NCBI GenBank assembly: GCA_030390025.1
Contig: CM059432.1
Location: 34,598,001-34,662,000, forward strand
Source: Squalus acanthias
Taxonomy: Eukaryota
Length of the DNA: 64,000 bases
Direction: 5' to 3'
Shown: positions 37,230 through 49,830 of the stretch, piece by piece
Position numbering within the stretch: the stretch's first letter is position 1
How the letters are laid out: every line of letters begins with the position of its first letter
The notes under the pieces: generated by a model
Database searches by the model: none
What the model was told of the DNA's origin: nothing
Seen by the model: only the letters and a program-made list of their open reading frames with translations
Program-made: the position numbers and the translations under genes

Positions 37230-37392
37230 AGGGAATGTTTGATGGGCAGTGTAGGGGGACCTTTACTCTGTACCTAACCCGTGCTATACCTACCCTGGGA
37301 GTGTTTGCTGGGACAATGCAGACGGAGATTTACTCTGTATCTAACCTGTGCTGTACCTACCCTGGGAGCTTTTGCTGGGACAATGCAGAGGG
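37230..37392 (+). repeat. About 2.4 dispersed units of the 67-bp satellite
   Basis: Matches the unit of 59232-60360. Confidence 0.8.
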
Positions 37393-39134
37393 AGTCAATG
37401 GAAATAAAAATCGTGAGAGATGTAAAACAGGCTGCCGACTCGCTATCACCCATTTTACGCTATCACACAAAGTCAAGAGCTACCCCATGTCTCCATGTTT
37501 AAAGCCCAAGTGATTCTTCTCATTAACATATAACATAAAAAATAGTTCTAACTGATGTTTATGTTTTTTGCTATGGGTGTTAACCCAGGTTATTTTAACC
37601 TGGTTATTTTAACCTGGTTAACCCCGCGCTAACAAAACACACAGAGAAATTTAGTCCGAGCACGTTCAGTATTCATATGAGAACAGCATTGATTGGAAGA
37701 CATCCCCCATATTTGGAAAAGGAGTCGTTCGCTGCTGAGACTGCTCGATGAATCCTCTGCGGAATTCATGCTCGAGCTTCAGCTGCTTGATTAAGAATGT
37801 TTCTATGAATAATTAATTAAAAATTAATAAATCACTGTGAACAGCTGCATCTGAAGCTTCCAGGTTTTAAAACATTGTAGCTGTCTCTCTCTTGCTGAAG
37901 TTCAGTTGCTCTGTGTTCTATTTTTATCTCGCAGGTCGACACCTTTATATTACATTCCTGTCTGCACTATTTTGTCATGGTCGTTAATCTGTCTATATTA
38001 AGCACACAGAGGAAATGAAGCCCCTTTGGTGTCTGGGAGGTGTAAGAGAAACCAAAGTGAAACACAACAGGCACTTCAACATGCTGTTCTCCCTGGCTTT
38101 GGTGCTACAATGATCTCTGTATGCCTGACACTAGTTTGAAGCTGTGCGGTCTCACAACACGCATTACATTTGCTGAGGCTGGGTCGATGCGAACTGTATA
38201 GTTCAATTTGGGTGTGAAGTCACCAGAAACATGTCTAGCCAAAAAATAGCATAAGACCACTTCCAGGAGGGGTTTGCACCTGCACCAGAATACCGGCTGC
38301 CCACTGTGAAGCCGTGTTTAAAAAGCTCTCGGTCAGTAGTATAGGAATTCTGAGAAATGGGGAAACTAGGGCATGATTCTGGTATGGGGGAAGCAGAATA
38401 CACTGGGTTTCCATACAGACACACACAAAAATACGTGTCTGTATATGTATATTTGTGTATCTGTATATTTGGCTGCTGATATATGCGCCTGTATTTTTGT
38501 GCGTGTCTGTATTTTTGTGCGTGTCTGTATTTTTGCGTGTGTCTGTATATCTGCATGCCTGTAAATGTGCCTGTATACTTGTGTGCCAGTCTGTATATGC
38601 GCGTGCCTGTATGTCTCTACTTTTCCAATTATTATTCAGATTATTTGGCTGTCTTTGTTTCTCTGCTCCAATTACTAAAATGGGAAGAATCAAATAATTT
38701 CAAACCCTCCTCCCTAGGGCCAGATAAATGGCATCTCTATAAAAGAACTGGACATTTATCAAACCTGGCACGTTGAGGCCAAGGCCCTGAAAGTAGGCCA
38801 GACACCTTCATGTGATCTATAGAGAGCTGACAATGAGGGACGGGTTCGTGGACCCAGATCCCCTCCCCATTAATCACTGGAAGCCGCAGTGTCTACGGAA
38901 CTAAATCATTCTTCGGAAAGGCAGGGAGCAAATCTGAGGGCTTTTAAGGAGTGTATCGGAAATGCAGAATACTGAAACAGTGACGGGGACTTGGTGCTGC
39001 TCTATCTGCAGACAGTGACTATATTTTTCAGACGTAAAATCAGGTCAACCCTTTAAAAGGGAAATGAATTCAATTGCATGTCCCCTTAACAGCAGTGATG
39101 TAAAGAGAGATCTGCATATACTAACTTCAGGTCT

Positions 39135-39400
39135 GATACCTTTGCAGTACTGAGGGAGTGCTGCAATGTTGGAGGTACCGTCTTTCAGATGAGACGTTAA
39201 ATCGAGGCCCCGTTGCCCTCTCAAGTGGACGTAAAAGATCCCTTGGCACTATTCGAAGAAGAGCATTGGAGTCCAGTCTCCTAATCATTTCCAACATTAC
39301 AACAGTGACCACACTTCAAAAAGTACTTCATTGGCTGTGAAGCACTTTGGGGTGTCCTGAGGTTGAGAAAGGCGCTATATAAATGCAAGTTCTTTCTTAC
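39135..39400 (+). mobile_element. Deu-domain SINE (internally deleted)
   Basis: Deu core and aggcgctatataaatgcaag tail. Confidence 0.8.
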
Positions 39401-39827
39401 CTTCACTAGAGGAAACAATATGCCTCAATTAGCTCTGCCAATTCCTTTCATAATCTTGAGAACTTCAATTAAGTCACCTCACAAACTCCTCTTTTCCAAT
39501 AAACAGAACCAATGATGAGGGATGTTAATACTTGGGAATGGAACTCTTCCCATTTCAGGCACGCAGTGTCAGCATGAAGCACGCCTAGGCCAAGTAGAGT
39601 ACAGCAAAGCTCCCGCTGTGCTTTATATCAGACCTAAGAAGAATGCCTCCTACTGTAATAAGCTGCATTTTTTCCTATTTCTCACACCAGCTGCCCTGTG
39701 GTGTAGCTGGCTGAGAGTGTCAATCAGTCCTGAATTATGGGCACTTTTGTGCTGTAGACCCACATCCATCAGGAACTGGAATGGGACTGCCCAACTCACA
39801 TAGCACCTTTATAGCCAATAGATAGTA

Positions 39828-40122
39828 AGAAAGAAAGAATTTGCATTTATATAGCATCTTTCATGACCTCAGGATCTCCCAAAGTGCTTTACAGTCAATG
39901 AAGTATGTTTTGAAGTGGAGTCACTGTTGTAATGTAGGAAATGCGGCAGCCAATTTGCACACAGCAAGCTCCCACAAACAGCAATGATACAATGACCAGA
40001 TATTTTGTTTTGGTGATGTTGGTTGAGGAATAAATATTAGCCAGGACACCAGGGAGACCTCATGGGACCTGAGAGGTGGGGCCTCAGTTTAACGTCTCAT
40101 ATGAAAGATGGCACCTCCGACA
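39828..40122 (-). mobile_element. Deu-domain SINE 3' part
   Basis: Reverse-complement match to the family; further tails at 18810-18915 and 50260-50400. Confidence 0.8.
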
Positions 40123-41539
40123 GTTAAAACAATGATGGGTTTAGAAAGGCTGAATAGAAAAAGAATACTTCCTCTGGTTGGGGAGTCAGTGACAGAGGGT
40201 TGTCTATTTATAATTGTCACTAAGAAAGTGAGGAAAGTGTTAAGAAAAATGTCTTTACTCAGAAGGATTTTGGAGCATGTAATGCTTTACTGCCTTCATT
40301 TGATTTGGAGTGCCTTCACCTCGCATTAACGGGGCAGTAACAGCTGTAAAAGGGGTAGGTAGTCTTACTGCCCCGATAACACCAGTGATGCAGCCGGCTC
40401 CATTTTGAAAGAGGTCTACCACCGAGTGCCTAAAGCCCCCACCTGTTTCAGACAACAGGCCCCTTTTATTGGCAGCGTGTATTTGCAACACCAAAGTTCT
40501 GATTGGTCGCCTTGGATGACAAGACCAGATTTCTGATTGATTCCCTTGAAGGACAAGACACACCCAACAGTTTGTCTGGAATGTGTAGTTTGATCCTGCC
40601 TGCCTGAGTAATCAAGATTTTTGCAATGTGTAATTTGATCCATTCATTGTGACCGCCAGGCTCCAGACAGAGCTCACAGTACTAACACTACTGCTTTCAG
40701 AGAACAGACAGGGCTCACCCTCCAGAGTTAGGACATTCTCCACCCCCACAACAAGTTCCTGACCTTCTCCCACCCCCCACGCACCCCCCACCCTGAGCTG
40801 CATCTACAGCCTGTGAATGGGCTCCAGGCTCCGTGCTGGGCCTACATGTAATGCAGGCACATGCGCAGTTGGAACAATGGGTGCGCATGTGGGGGCAGGA
40901 TGGTCTGTAAGCTCCGCCCCCCCCATGTGGTGAGCATGCACAGAATGACTCAAATTTGTTCGTGCAAATGATCACCCTGGTTTTTGTATTGAATAGCCGG
41001 CAAGCCGGCTGCGCGGGTTCCCTGGAGTGTTGCACGGCCGCTTACAAGGAACATTGCACAGAATACACCCTCATTTTAAAAATTAATTAATTTATTGCCT
41101 ATCCCTAGTTGCCCTTGAGAGGGTGGTAGTAAGTTGCCTTCTTGAACCGCCGTGGTCTGAGAGGGGGTTGGAGAGAGATAATGTGCTGCAGGTGTAGTGA
41201 GGGTGGGGGAGGAAGAACGTGATCCAGGCCTAACAGAGGGCGGGAGAACGTGATCTATCTTCCCATCTGGATCACGTTCTTGCTCTCAATCCCCCCTCCT
41301 TTAGATCTGGATCATGTTCTTCCCCCATCCCCACTGTTCTCACCGTGCTCCCCCCCCCCCAACAAGTTCCTGACCTTCTCTCCCCGAGTTCATGGCCTTC
41401 CCTCTGAGATCCTGACCTTCTCTTCCCCCTCCCAGTTCCTGACCTTACCCCCTCCTGAACTCCTGACCTTCTCTCTCTGAGGTCCTGACCTTCTCTACCC
41501 GCAACCCGAGTTCCTGACCTTCTCCCCTCACAAACCCCT

Positions 41540-43100
41540 CTCCTCTCCCCCCTTCGATACCTTCTCCTCTCCTCCTTCGATCCCCTCTCCTCTCCCCCTT
41601 CGATCCCCTCTCCTCTCCGATCCCCTCTCCCACTTTGATCCCCTCTCCTCTCCCCCTTCGATCCCCTCTCCTCTCCGATCCCCTCTCCTCTCCCACTTTG
41701 ATCCCCTCTCCTCTCCCCCTTCGATCCCCTCTCCTCTCCGATCCCCTCTCCTCTCCCCCTTCGATCCCCTCTCCTCTCCGCCTCGATCCCCTCTCCTCTC
41801 CGCCTCGATCCCCTCTCCTCTCCCCCTTCGATCCCCTCTCCTCTCTGCCTTGATCCCCTCTCCTCTCCCCCTTCGATCCCCTCTCCTCTCCGATCCCCTC
41901 TCCTCTCCCCCTTCGATCCCCTCTCCTCTCCCCCTTCGATCCCCTCTCCTCTCCCGCCTCGATCCCCTCTCCTCTCCCCCTTCGATCCCCTCTCCTCTCC
42001 CCCTTCGATCCCCTCTCCTCTCCGATCCCCTCTCCTCTCCCCCTTCGATCCCCTCTCCTCTCCCGCCTCGATCTCCTCTCCGCCTCGATCCCCTCTCCTC
42101 TCCCGCCTCGATCCCCTCTCCTCTCCCGCCTCGATCCCCTCTCCTCTCCCGCCTCGATCCCCTCTCCTCTCCCCCTTCGATCCCCTCTCCTCTCCCCCTT
42201 CGATCCCCTCTCCTCTCCCCCTTCGATCCCCTCTCCTCTCCCCCTTCGATCCCCTCTCCTCTCCCCCTTCGATCCCCTCTCCTCTCCCCCTTCGATCCCC
42301 TCTCCTCTCCCCCTTCGATCCCCTCTCCTCTCCCCCTTCGATCCCCTCTCCTCTCCCCCTTCGATCCCCTCTCCTCTCCGATCCCCTCTCCTCTCCCCCT
42401 TCGATCCCCTCTCCTCTCCCCCTTCGATCCCCTCTCCTCTCCCCCTTCGATCCCCTCTCCTCTCCCCCTTCGATCCCCTCTCCTCTCCGATCCCCTCTCC
42501 TCTCCCCCTTCGATCCCCTCTCCTCTCCGATCCCCTCTCCTCTCCCCCTTCGATCCCCTCTCCTCTCCCCCTTCGATCCCCTCTCCTCTCCGCCTCGATC
42601 CCCTCTCCTCTCCCGCCTCGATCCCCTCTCCTCTCCCGCTTCGATCCCCTCTCCTCTCCCGCCTCGATCCCCTCTCCTCTCCCGCCTCGATCCCCTCTCC
42701 TCTCCCGCCTCGATCCCCTCTCCTCTCCCGCCTCGATCCCCTCTCCTCTCCCCCTTCGATCCCCTCTCCTCTCTGCCTTGATCCCTTCTCCTCTCCCCCT
42801 TCGATCCCTTCTCCTCTCCCCCTTCGATCCCCTCTCCTCTCCCACTTCGATCCCCTCTCCTCTCTGCCTTGATCCCTTCTCCTCTCCCCCTTCGATCCCC
42901 TCTCCTCTCCGCCTCGATCCCCTCTCCTCTCCGCCTCGATCCCCTCTCCTCTCCGCCTCGATCCCCTCTCCTCTCCGCCTCGATCCCCTCTCTCACCCTT
43001 CTGTCCCTTCTCCTCCCCCCCTCGATACCCTCTCCTCTCACCCCTTCGATGCCGTCTCCTCTCCTCCCCTCCCTTTGATCCCCTCTCTTCTTTCTCCCCT
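41540..43100. repeat. Pyrimidine-rich minisatellite, units of 17-23 bp (cgatcccctctcctctccccctt)
   Basis: Directly visible tandem array. Confidence 0.97.
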
Positions 43101-43891
43101 CCCTTTGATCCCCTCTACTCTCCCCCCTTCGGTCCCCTCTCCTTCACCCCCCCCCCCCCCCCCCCCCCCCCACCACCGGCCCATCCAATCCCTGACCTGC
43201 TCTGCACGAAGCCGAGGAAAGCGTTACGGTTCAGGTCACAGCCGCCACACCGTTTAGTACTGCGCAATCGCATCGCATCGCATGCATGGTACCAAACGGG
43301 CGCGCATGCGCACTAAAAAGTGGTGCAAATAATCACTCCGCCTTTTAATATGGAAATCGGGGTCCTATGACATAAATAGGACTCTAATTAGGTTAGGTTG
43401 GAACTGGTCAGAGCTTGTGCAGTGCACATTCCCAGCAGTTCCACGGGCGATGGAACCATAGAGGTCGCTAAAGGAAAGTGCCCTTCCCATAGCAACTCAC
43501 CTTGCTGGCGGCCATCTCCGCCCAACTTGAGGCCTCAATCAGCTCACCTACCAAATCTTCGCTGCTGGATTAGCTGGCCGACCAGCGCCCTCCGGTTGGT
43601 CATCCAAAAGTCAAAATCAACTCCAGAGAGGCAGAGAGAACATAAGAAATAGGAGCAGGAATAGGCCACTTGGCCCCTCGAGCCTGCTCCACCATGTCTT
43701 AAGAGAAAATTGGATGAATATTAAAAGAGAAAGATACAGGGCTGTTGGAAAATGGGGCAATAGGACAAGTTTTGGATTGATCCGGCAAAGAGCCGGTATA
43801 GACAAGGTGGGTCGAATGACCTCCCTCTGTGCTGTAAACCTCTAAGGATTATGATTTAATAGATTGCTCCAATCTGACCTAGTATCTTTAC

Positions 43892-44099
43892 CTTTTGCAG
43901 AAAGAGCACAATGAGGGGAATTATTCCTGCCCGTGTTGTCTCCAGTTCAAACAAGGTCTGCGGCGTTCGAATGAATAGCTTTGTATTTCCATAGGCAACA
44001 TCCTGCTGGAAGCCATGTTGGTCTATGATCACACGGGCGGCCTCCAGGTCCGTTGACATGAGGTGATTGGGCCAAGTGTACTCACAAGTCATCTTATAC
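43892..44099 (-). CDS. MYO1G: Myosin I exon, converter and start of IQ1: YKMTCEYTWPNHLMSTD...TKLFIRTPQTLFELETTRAGIIPLIVLFLQK
   Basis: 208 bp, phase 2/0, acceptor gtatttcag, donor AAG/gtaaag. Confidence 0.95.
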
Positions 44100-45664
44100 C
44101 TGAAATACATTTTTAAATGGTACATAGATATTAAAGCGTGGTCAATTAATTAACATACCTGTAACAAGGAGTACCATCACCACATAGACTGCAGCAGTTC
44201 AAGAAGAAGGCCCACCACCACCTTCTCAAGGGCAACTAGGGCTGGGCAATAAATGCCAGCCTTGCCAGCATTGCCCACATGTCAAGACTGAATTTTAAAA
44301 AGCATGCAAATGTTGGAAATTGGAAATAAAAACAGAAATTGCTGAAAGTAATCACCAAAAGAACAAAAGGAGAGGTTAGGAGAAATATTTTTAGGCAGTG
44401 GGTTGTTAGGACATGGAATGTCTGACCAGAAAATCTGGGGGATGCAGAATCAGGATTTTAAAGGGAAACGGATAAATATTTGAAAAAGAAAAATTTTAAA
44501 GGTTATGGAGAGAGGGTAGGGGAATGGAACTGAGTGGAGAGTTCTTTCAGAAAGCTGATACAGACACAATGGGCTGAATGGCCTCCTTCTGTGCTGTTAA
44601 ATTCTACGATTTTATGAAATAGACAGCGGTTTAGTCAGCAGCTGTAAGAAGGAAAGACAGGCTAAATGATGATTGTGGTGTGTACCCTGCACCAGAATAA
44701 AGGCTGAAAAGGAAGATGAAAATCATTTTATTAAGATTGTAAAAAATAAAGAGGAAAAATGAGGAAGGGGAGAGAATCGACAGAGACTCCAATCACAGGC
44801 AGGGAGTTAAGGGGTTGAATGATCTGTAATCTGCTTATTAGAAGACCATTAGATGATATGAAAGATTGTCAGTGAGACAAGGGAAATACAGAAAAAAGGA
44901 AAAATAGTCAAGAGGGTGAAACAACAGAAAGGTGAGAAAGAACCAGAGGGGAGATGAGGAGAATTTATTTTACGGAAGCTAATTATTATGATCTGAAATT
45001 CACTGCCTGAAAGGGTCATGGAAGCAGTTTCAATAGTAGCTTTCAAAAGGGAATTGGATCTATACTTGAAAGGAAAAAATTGCAGGGCTAAGGGATAGAG
45101 CAGGGAAGTGGGACTAATTGGATAGCTCTTTCAAAGAGCCGACACAGGCACGATGGGCTGAATGGTCATCTTCTGTGCTGTATGATTCTATGCTTCTATG
45201 AAATGGGGGATTGGGAGTTGGAAAAACCCTGCAAGTGCAGCACAGAAAATGCTGGGACAACAGAGTGGGGTTGATTTTCCTGTTGCCCCTGTGCCTGGGC
45301 AGTACTCGGGCAGAGCAGCGTCCAAAGAAAATAGCGGCCAGAAGGATTTCACTGCTGACCCCTATCCTGTGGACCCTGGAAGGACAAAGATCTTTGCTGT
45401 GATCTTTGCTGCCTTCCTCTCTCCGATCAGAGCATCGGATGATCCTTCTTGATAGGGGGAGGGATTCAGGGCCTCTTTGGGGTCAAGGCTGGTCCAGGAT
45501 GATGTGGCTGGTGATGAAGGCCTGGGTTCCTTCTGCAGCTGACTTAGTAACCCTGTGCCTTGAGCTAGGCAGGATCTTATTACTGATTGACCAAGCAGCC
45601 TCATTCACTAATGGAACATGGAGGGGTAGCTCTCTCATTGCTTGTTCTCTCTCGACTCCAGATA

Positions 45665-46100
45665 ACTTTAGGGGAGTGTCTATGGATGTTGTCTATGTGG
45701 ACCTTCAGAAGGCATTTGATAAGGTTCCACACAAGAGTTTATTAGCAGAAATGAGAGCACATAGAATTGGTGTTAACCTTGTGATATGGGTTGGTAATTT
45801 GTTGGGAGGTAGGAGACAGTGAGTAGGGATAAAGGGTTTGTTCTCTGATTGACAGGTTGTAACCAATGGAACTGTACAGGGGCCTCAGCTTTTCATCATA
45901 TATATTAATAACTTGGATGAAGAAATTTGAGTTGTATACCCACGTTTGCAGATGACACTAAGTTAGGAGGCACAGTAAATTCTGTAGATGGCAGCAGGAT
46001 GTTCCAAAGGGACATAGACAGACTAAGTGAGTGGGCAAAACTATGGCAGATGGAGTTGAATGTGGAGAAGTGTGAGGTCCTGCACTTTGGATCTGAGAAA
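45665..46100 (+). mobile_element. Degenerate CR1 RT fragment
   Basis: DVVYVDLQKAFDKVPH, FADDTKLGG. Confidence 0.85.
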
Positions 46101-47376
46101 GCCAAATCAGGTAGGGTGACTGATCCTAACTGGACAAGCAGAAGGAAGAAGCTCTGATATGCTTCACAGTTGTAGATATCAACTCCACCAGTACCTCTCC
46201 ACACTTAGGAACATAGGAAGATTAGGACCAGAAGTAAGCCATTCAGCACCTCGAGCCTGCTCTGCCATTCAATTAGATCATGGTTGATCTGTACCTCAAC
46301 TCCATTTACCCATCTTTGCTCCATATCCCTTAATAACCTTACCGAATAAATCTCTCTCTCTCTCAGTCTTGAAAGCTATAATTGACCGTGCATTCAGAGC
46401 CTTTTGGGTGAGCAAGTTCCAGATTTCTACTACCTTTGTGTGAAAAAGTATTTCCTGATTTTGCTCCTGAATGGCCTGGTTCTAATTTTAAGATTATGTC
46501 GCTTGTTCTTGATTCCCCACCAGAGGAAATAGTTTCTCCTTGGGGGGTCCCTCAGTCTCGGCTCTGCCAACCTGCACCTAAGCTCTGTGTACAGAAAGGC
46601 ATCCCTGTGGACATCAAGTGTGCCCTCCATATTGGAGAAACAGAAACCCAACAACTAACTATAAGAAGGTGAAACAGAGGGATGATGGGTATTTGCCGTA
46701 CACCAGGTTCTGGCAAAGATTGCAGAATGAGGGTGGAACAAGGCTGTGGAGGGATTTGGAAGACGAGGACTTTAAGGTCAAACATGTTGGAGGACAGGAA
46801 GGGAAGAGGTGATCAAGCATGGGGATGATAGGTATAAGGGACTTAGCATGGCATGTATACAAAGTGGAGTCTGTTTAACTGAATAGGAATGAAATTGGAT
46901 AGTTCCGGCCTACTGGTGCAAACTGGGTGCAGGGAATGATATCTGCCAGATGGGTAGGTCCAAGGTACGATCAAAATTGTGTCTTAGACCTCATTTAAAT
47001 TAGACCAACGAGCTGTAAACGAGCTGCAAAGTTTACTACATTACAACAGTGACTACATTTCAAAAGTACATAAATGGTTTGGCATGTTCTGAGGTTGTGA
47101 AAGGAACTATAGAAACGTAAGTTCTTTGTTTTTTAAGGATATCAAAAAGATATAGGCTTGCTGGGTATAATAATCTTTACCTACAGATTCCTAATAAGTT
47201 TTCTTCACTGTTCCTTTAACTGGCATCACAGCCCAAAGATAGATTTACCACACTACTGAGGAATAGAACTAGAATGACAACAGAAACTATAGATTCAGTC
47301 TCATTCCCTTTAAATGGGAGCCCAGCATTCCACTGCTGTGCCTGTAAACACTTTGACATACCAGAACTAGAATTAC

Positions 47377-47543
47377 CTCAACAGGAAGCGCTCGTACGGC
47401 TGCCGGTAGGCGAATCCGGCTCGCCGCACACGCACGTTTTCCAACAATCCCAAATATTCCACCTGGTGTCTGCAGCGTTCATAGTCAAAGAGCACCGGAG
47501 ATTTCTGGTCATTGGGCTTGATGCATCGTACGTAGTAGGGCTC
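47377..47543 (-). CDS. MYO1G: Myosin I exon, motor: [56 protein letters not shown]
   Basis: 167 bp, phase 0/2, acceptor ccttttcag, donor AG/gtaatt; hallmark myosin motifs. Confidence 0.97.
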
Positions 47544-48200
47544 CTGAAAAGGGGCAAGAAGATGTACCAGACTATTAGAATATATGAGCACTGCAAGGAT
47601 TGGTACTTACAGGTACTACCAACTTAAAGAGAGGCACACACCTAATTCACGTACATCATTGCAATGGTCCAAACCCCTTCCCATTCACTCCCTTAGTATA
47701 GAATCTCAATAAATCAAGCCATTCCCATTATATAAAATTTGAATAGACCAAACCCTTCTCCGTTCACTCCCATTGTATGTAATTCTAATGGATCAAGCTG
47801 CTTCCCATTGGGTCCATTATATAGAATCCTAGTTGACCACAACAAAATACCTTTCAATCTCCAGACCATGTAACATGGGAAGTGAACAAACAACCAAAAA
47901 TAAAAGATTGTTTTTTTGCTCCATGTAGTATTATTAATGAGTCACAAAGTTGAGAAGTGTGATTAGCCTAGATGTTTTCATGCATTCCTCACTTCATTGT
48001 AGTAATAGACTTCCCCTCACCTTACTTCCTGTACAATGGTGCATGCCAGACATTTTATTTTAAAACACATTTCTACAGCCTTTGCTGCCCCCCGCATATG
48101 AAAATAAATCATAAGAGAACATGGAACAAGACAAGAGAAGGCCATTTGACCCATTAGTCAACTCCTTCCAAGGTCCATGTACCATCTAGCCTATTATGCA

Positions 48201-49830
48201 CTCTACCCACCCATTTAATCTTCTCCCACAGCTCTGTACAATCTACCCTATCATGGACCCTACCCCACCCATTTAATCTTCTCCCACAGCCCTGTACAAT
48301 CTACCCTATCACCAACTCTACCCACCCATTTAATCTCTTCCCATAGACACTGTACAATCTACACTCGTTGACCAACCTATTAAATTTTTTGAAGAGGTAA
48401 CAGAGAGAGTAGACAATGGTAATGCAGTAGATGTAATTTATCTAGATTTTCAAAAGGCCTTCGATAAGGTACCCCATAATAGACTGATGAACAAAGGCAG
48501 AGAATGCGGAGTCAGGGGACAAGTAGCAGAATGGATAGCTAGCTGGCTTCAAGATAGAAAGCAGAGAGTAGGGGTAAAGGGTAGCTATTCACAATGGCAG
48601 AAGGTGGGTAGTGGTGTTCCACAAGGATCAGTGCTGGGACCACTGTTGTTCACAATTTACATTAACGATTTAGACTCTGGAATCAAAAACACAATTTCTA
48701 AATTTGCAGATGACACCAAATTGGGGGGGACAGTCAATACTGAGGAGGACTGCAACAAGTTACAGGAGGACATCAATAAACTTGCAGAATGGGCAAATAA
48801 TTGGCAAATGAAGTTCAACACTGATAAATGTGAGGTATTACATTTTGGTTAATAGAATAAGGAGGTCACTTATTACTTGGAGGGTGTGAGTCTAGGTGGG
48901 GTAGAGGAACAAAGGAGTACAAATACACAAATCACTAAAAGTTGTGACACAGGTTAGCAAGGCCATAAAAAAAAGCAAACCAAGCACTAGGGTTTATTTC
49001 TAGAGGGATAGAATTGAAAAGTATGGAAGTTATGCTAAACCTGTATCGAACCTTGGTTAGACCACACTTGGAGTACTGCGTACAGTTCTGGTCGCCATAT
49101 TATAAAAAGGATATAGAGGCACTGGAGAGGGTGCAGAGAAGATTTACAAGGATGATACCAGAAATACAAAGGTATACATATCAGGAAAGGATGAACAGAC
49201 TGGGTCTCTTTTCTCTTGAAAAAAGAAGGCTGAGGGATGACCTAATAGAGGTCTTTAATATTATGAAAGGTTTTGATAGAGTGGATACAGAGAGAATGTT
49301 TCCACTTGTGGGGAAGAGCAAAACTAGGGGCCATCAATATAAGATCGTCACCAAGAAATCCAATAGGGAATTCAGAAGAAACTTCTTTACCCAAAGAGTG
49401 GTGAGAATGTGGAACTTGCTACCACAGGGAGTGGTTGAAGCGAATAGTAAAGATGCATTTAAGGGGAGGTTAGACAAGCATATGAGGGCGAAGAGAATAG
49501 AGGGTTATGCTGAGAGATTTAGATGAGGAAAGACGGGAGGTGGCTCGAGTGGAGCATAAACGCCGGCATGGACTGGTTGGGCCGAATGGCCTGTTTCTGT
49601 GCCGTATATCCTATGTAATCCTATGTACCCTCTCATGGACCCTACCCACCCATTTATTCTCCTCCCACAGACACTGTACAACCTCCCGTATTGTGGACTC
49701 TACCCACCCATTTAATCTCCTCCCATAGACACTGTACAATCTACCCTATCATGGACCCTGCCCCACCCATTTAATCGCTTCCTATACACTCTACCCTATC
49801 ATAGACTATACCCTACTCATTTAAACTCCT
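48201..49830. repeat. About 57-bp tandem repeat split by a CR1 LINE
   Basis: ccatttaatc...tgtacaatctaccctatc units at 48201-48363 and 49626-49830. Confidence 0.85.
48364..49625 (+). mobile_element. CR1 LINE RT to 3' end
   Basis: GVPQGSVLGP, KFADDTKL, LVRPHLEYC; atcctatgt-type tail. Confidence 0.93.

Noticed and set aside
37580..37625. Three 14-bp near-palindromic units (ttaacctggttatt)
   Set aside because: Very short slippage repeat, probably inside a MITE remnant.
41272..43257. Long R/G/E-rich and P/S/L-rich ORFs (up to 589 aa)
   Set aside because: Stop-free frames created by the minisatellite; open in several frames on both strands, with no domain.
46590..46660. KCALHIGET resembling a GIY-YIG YIGET motif
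   Set aside because: Too short, and lacks the upstream VY motif and downstream conserved residues.
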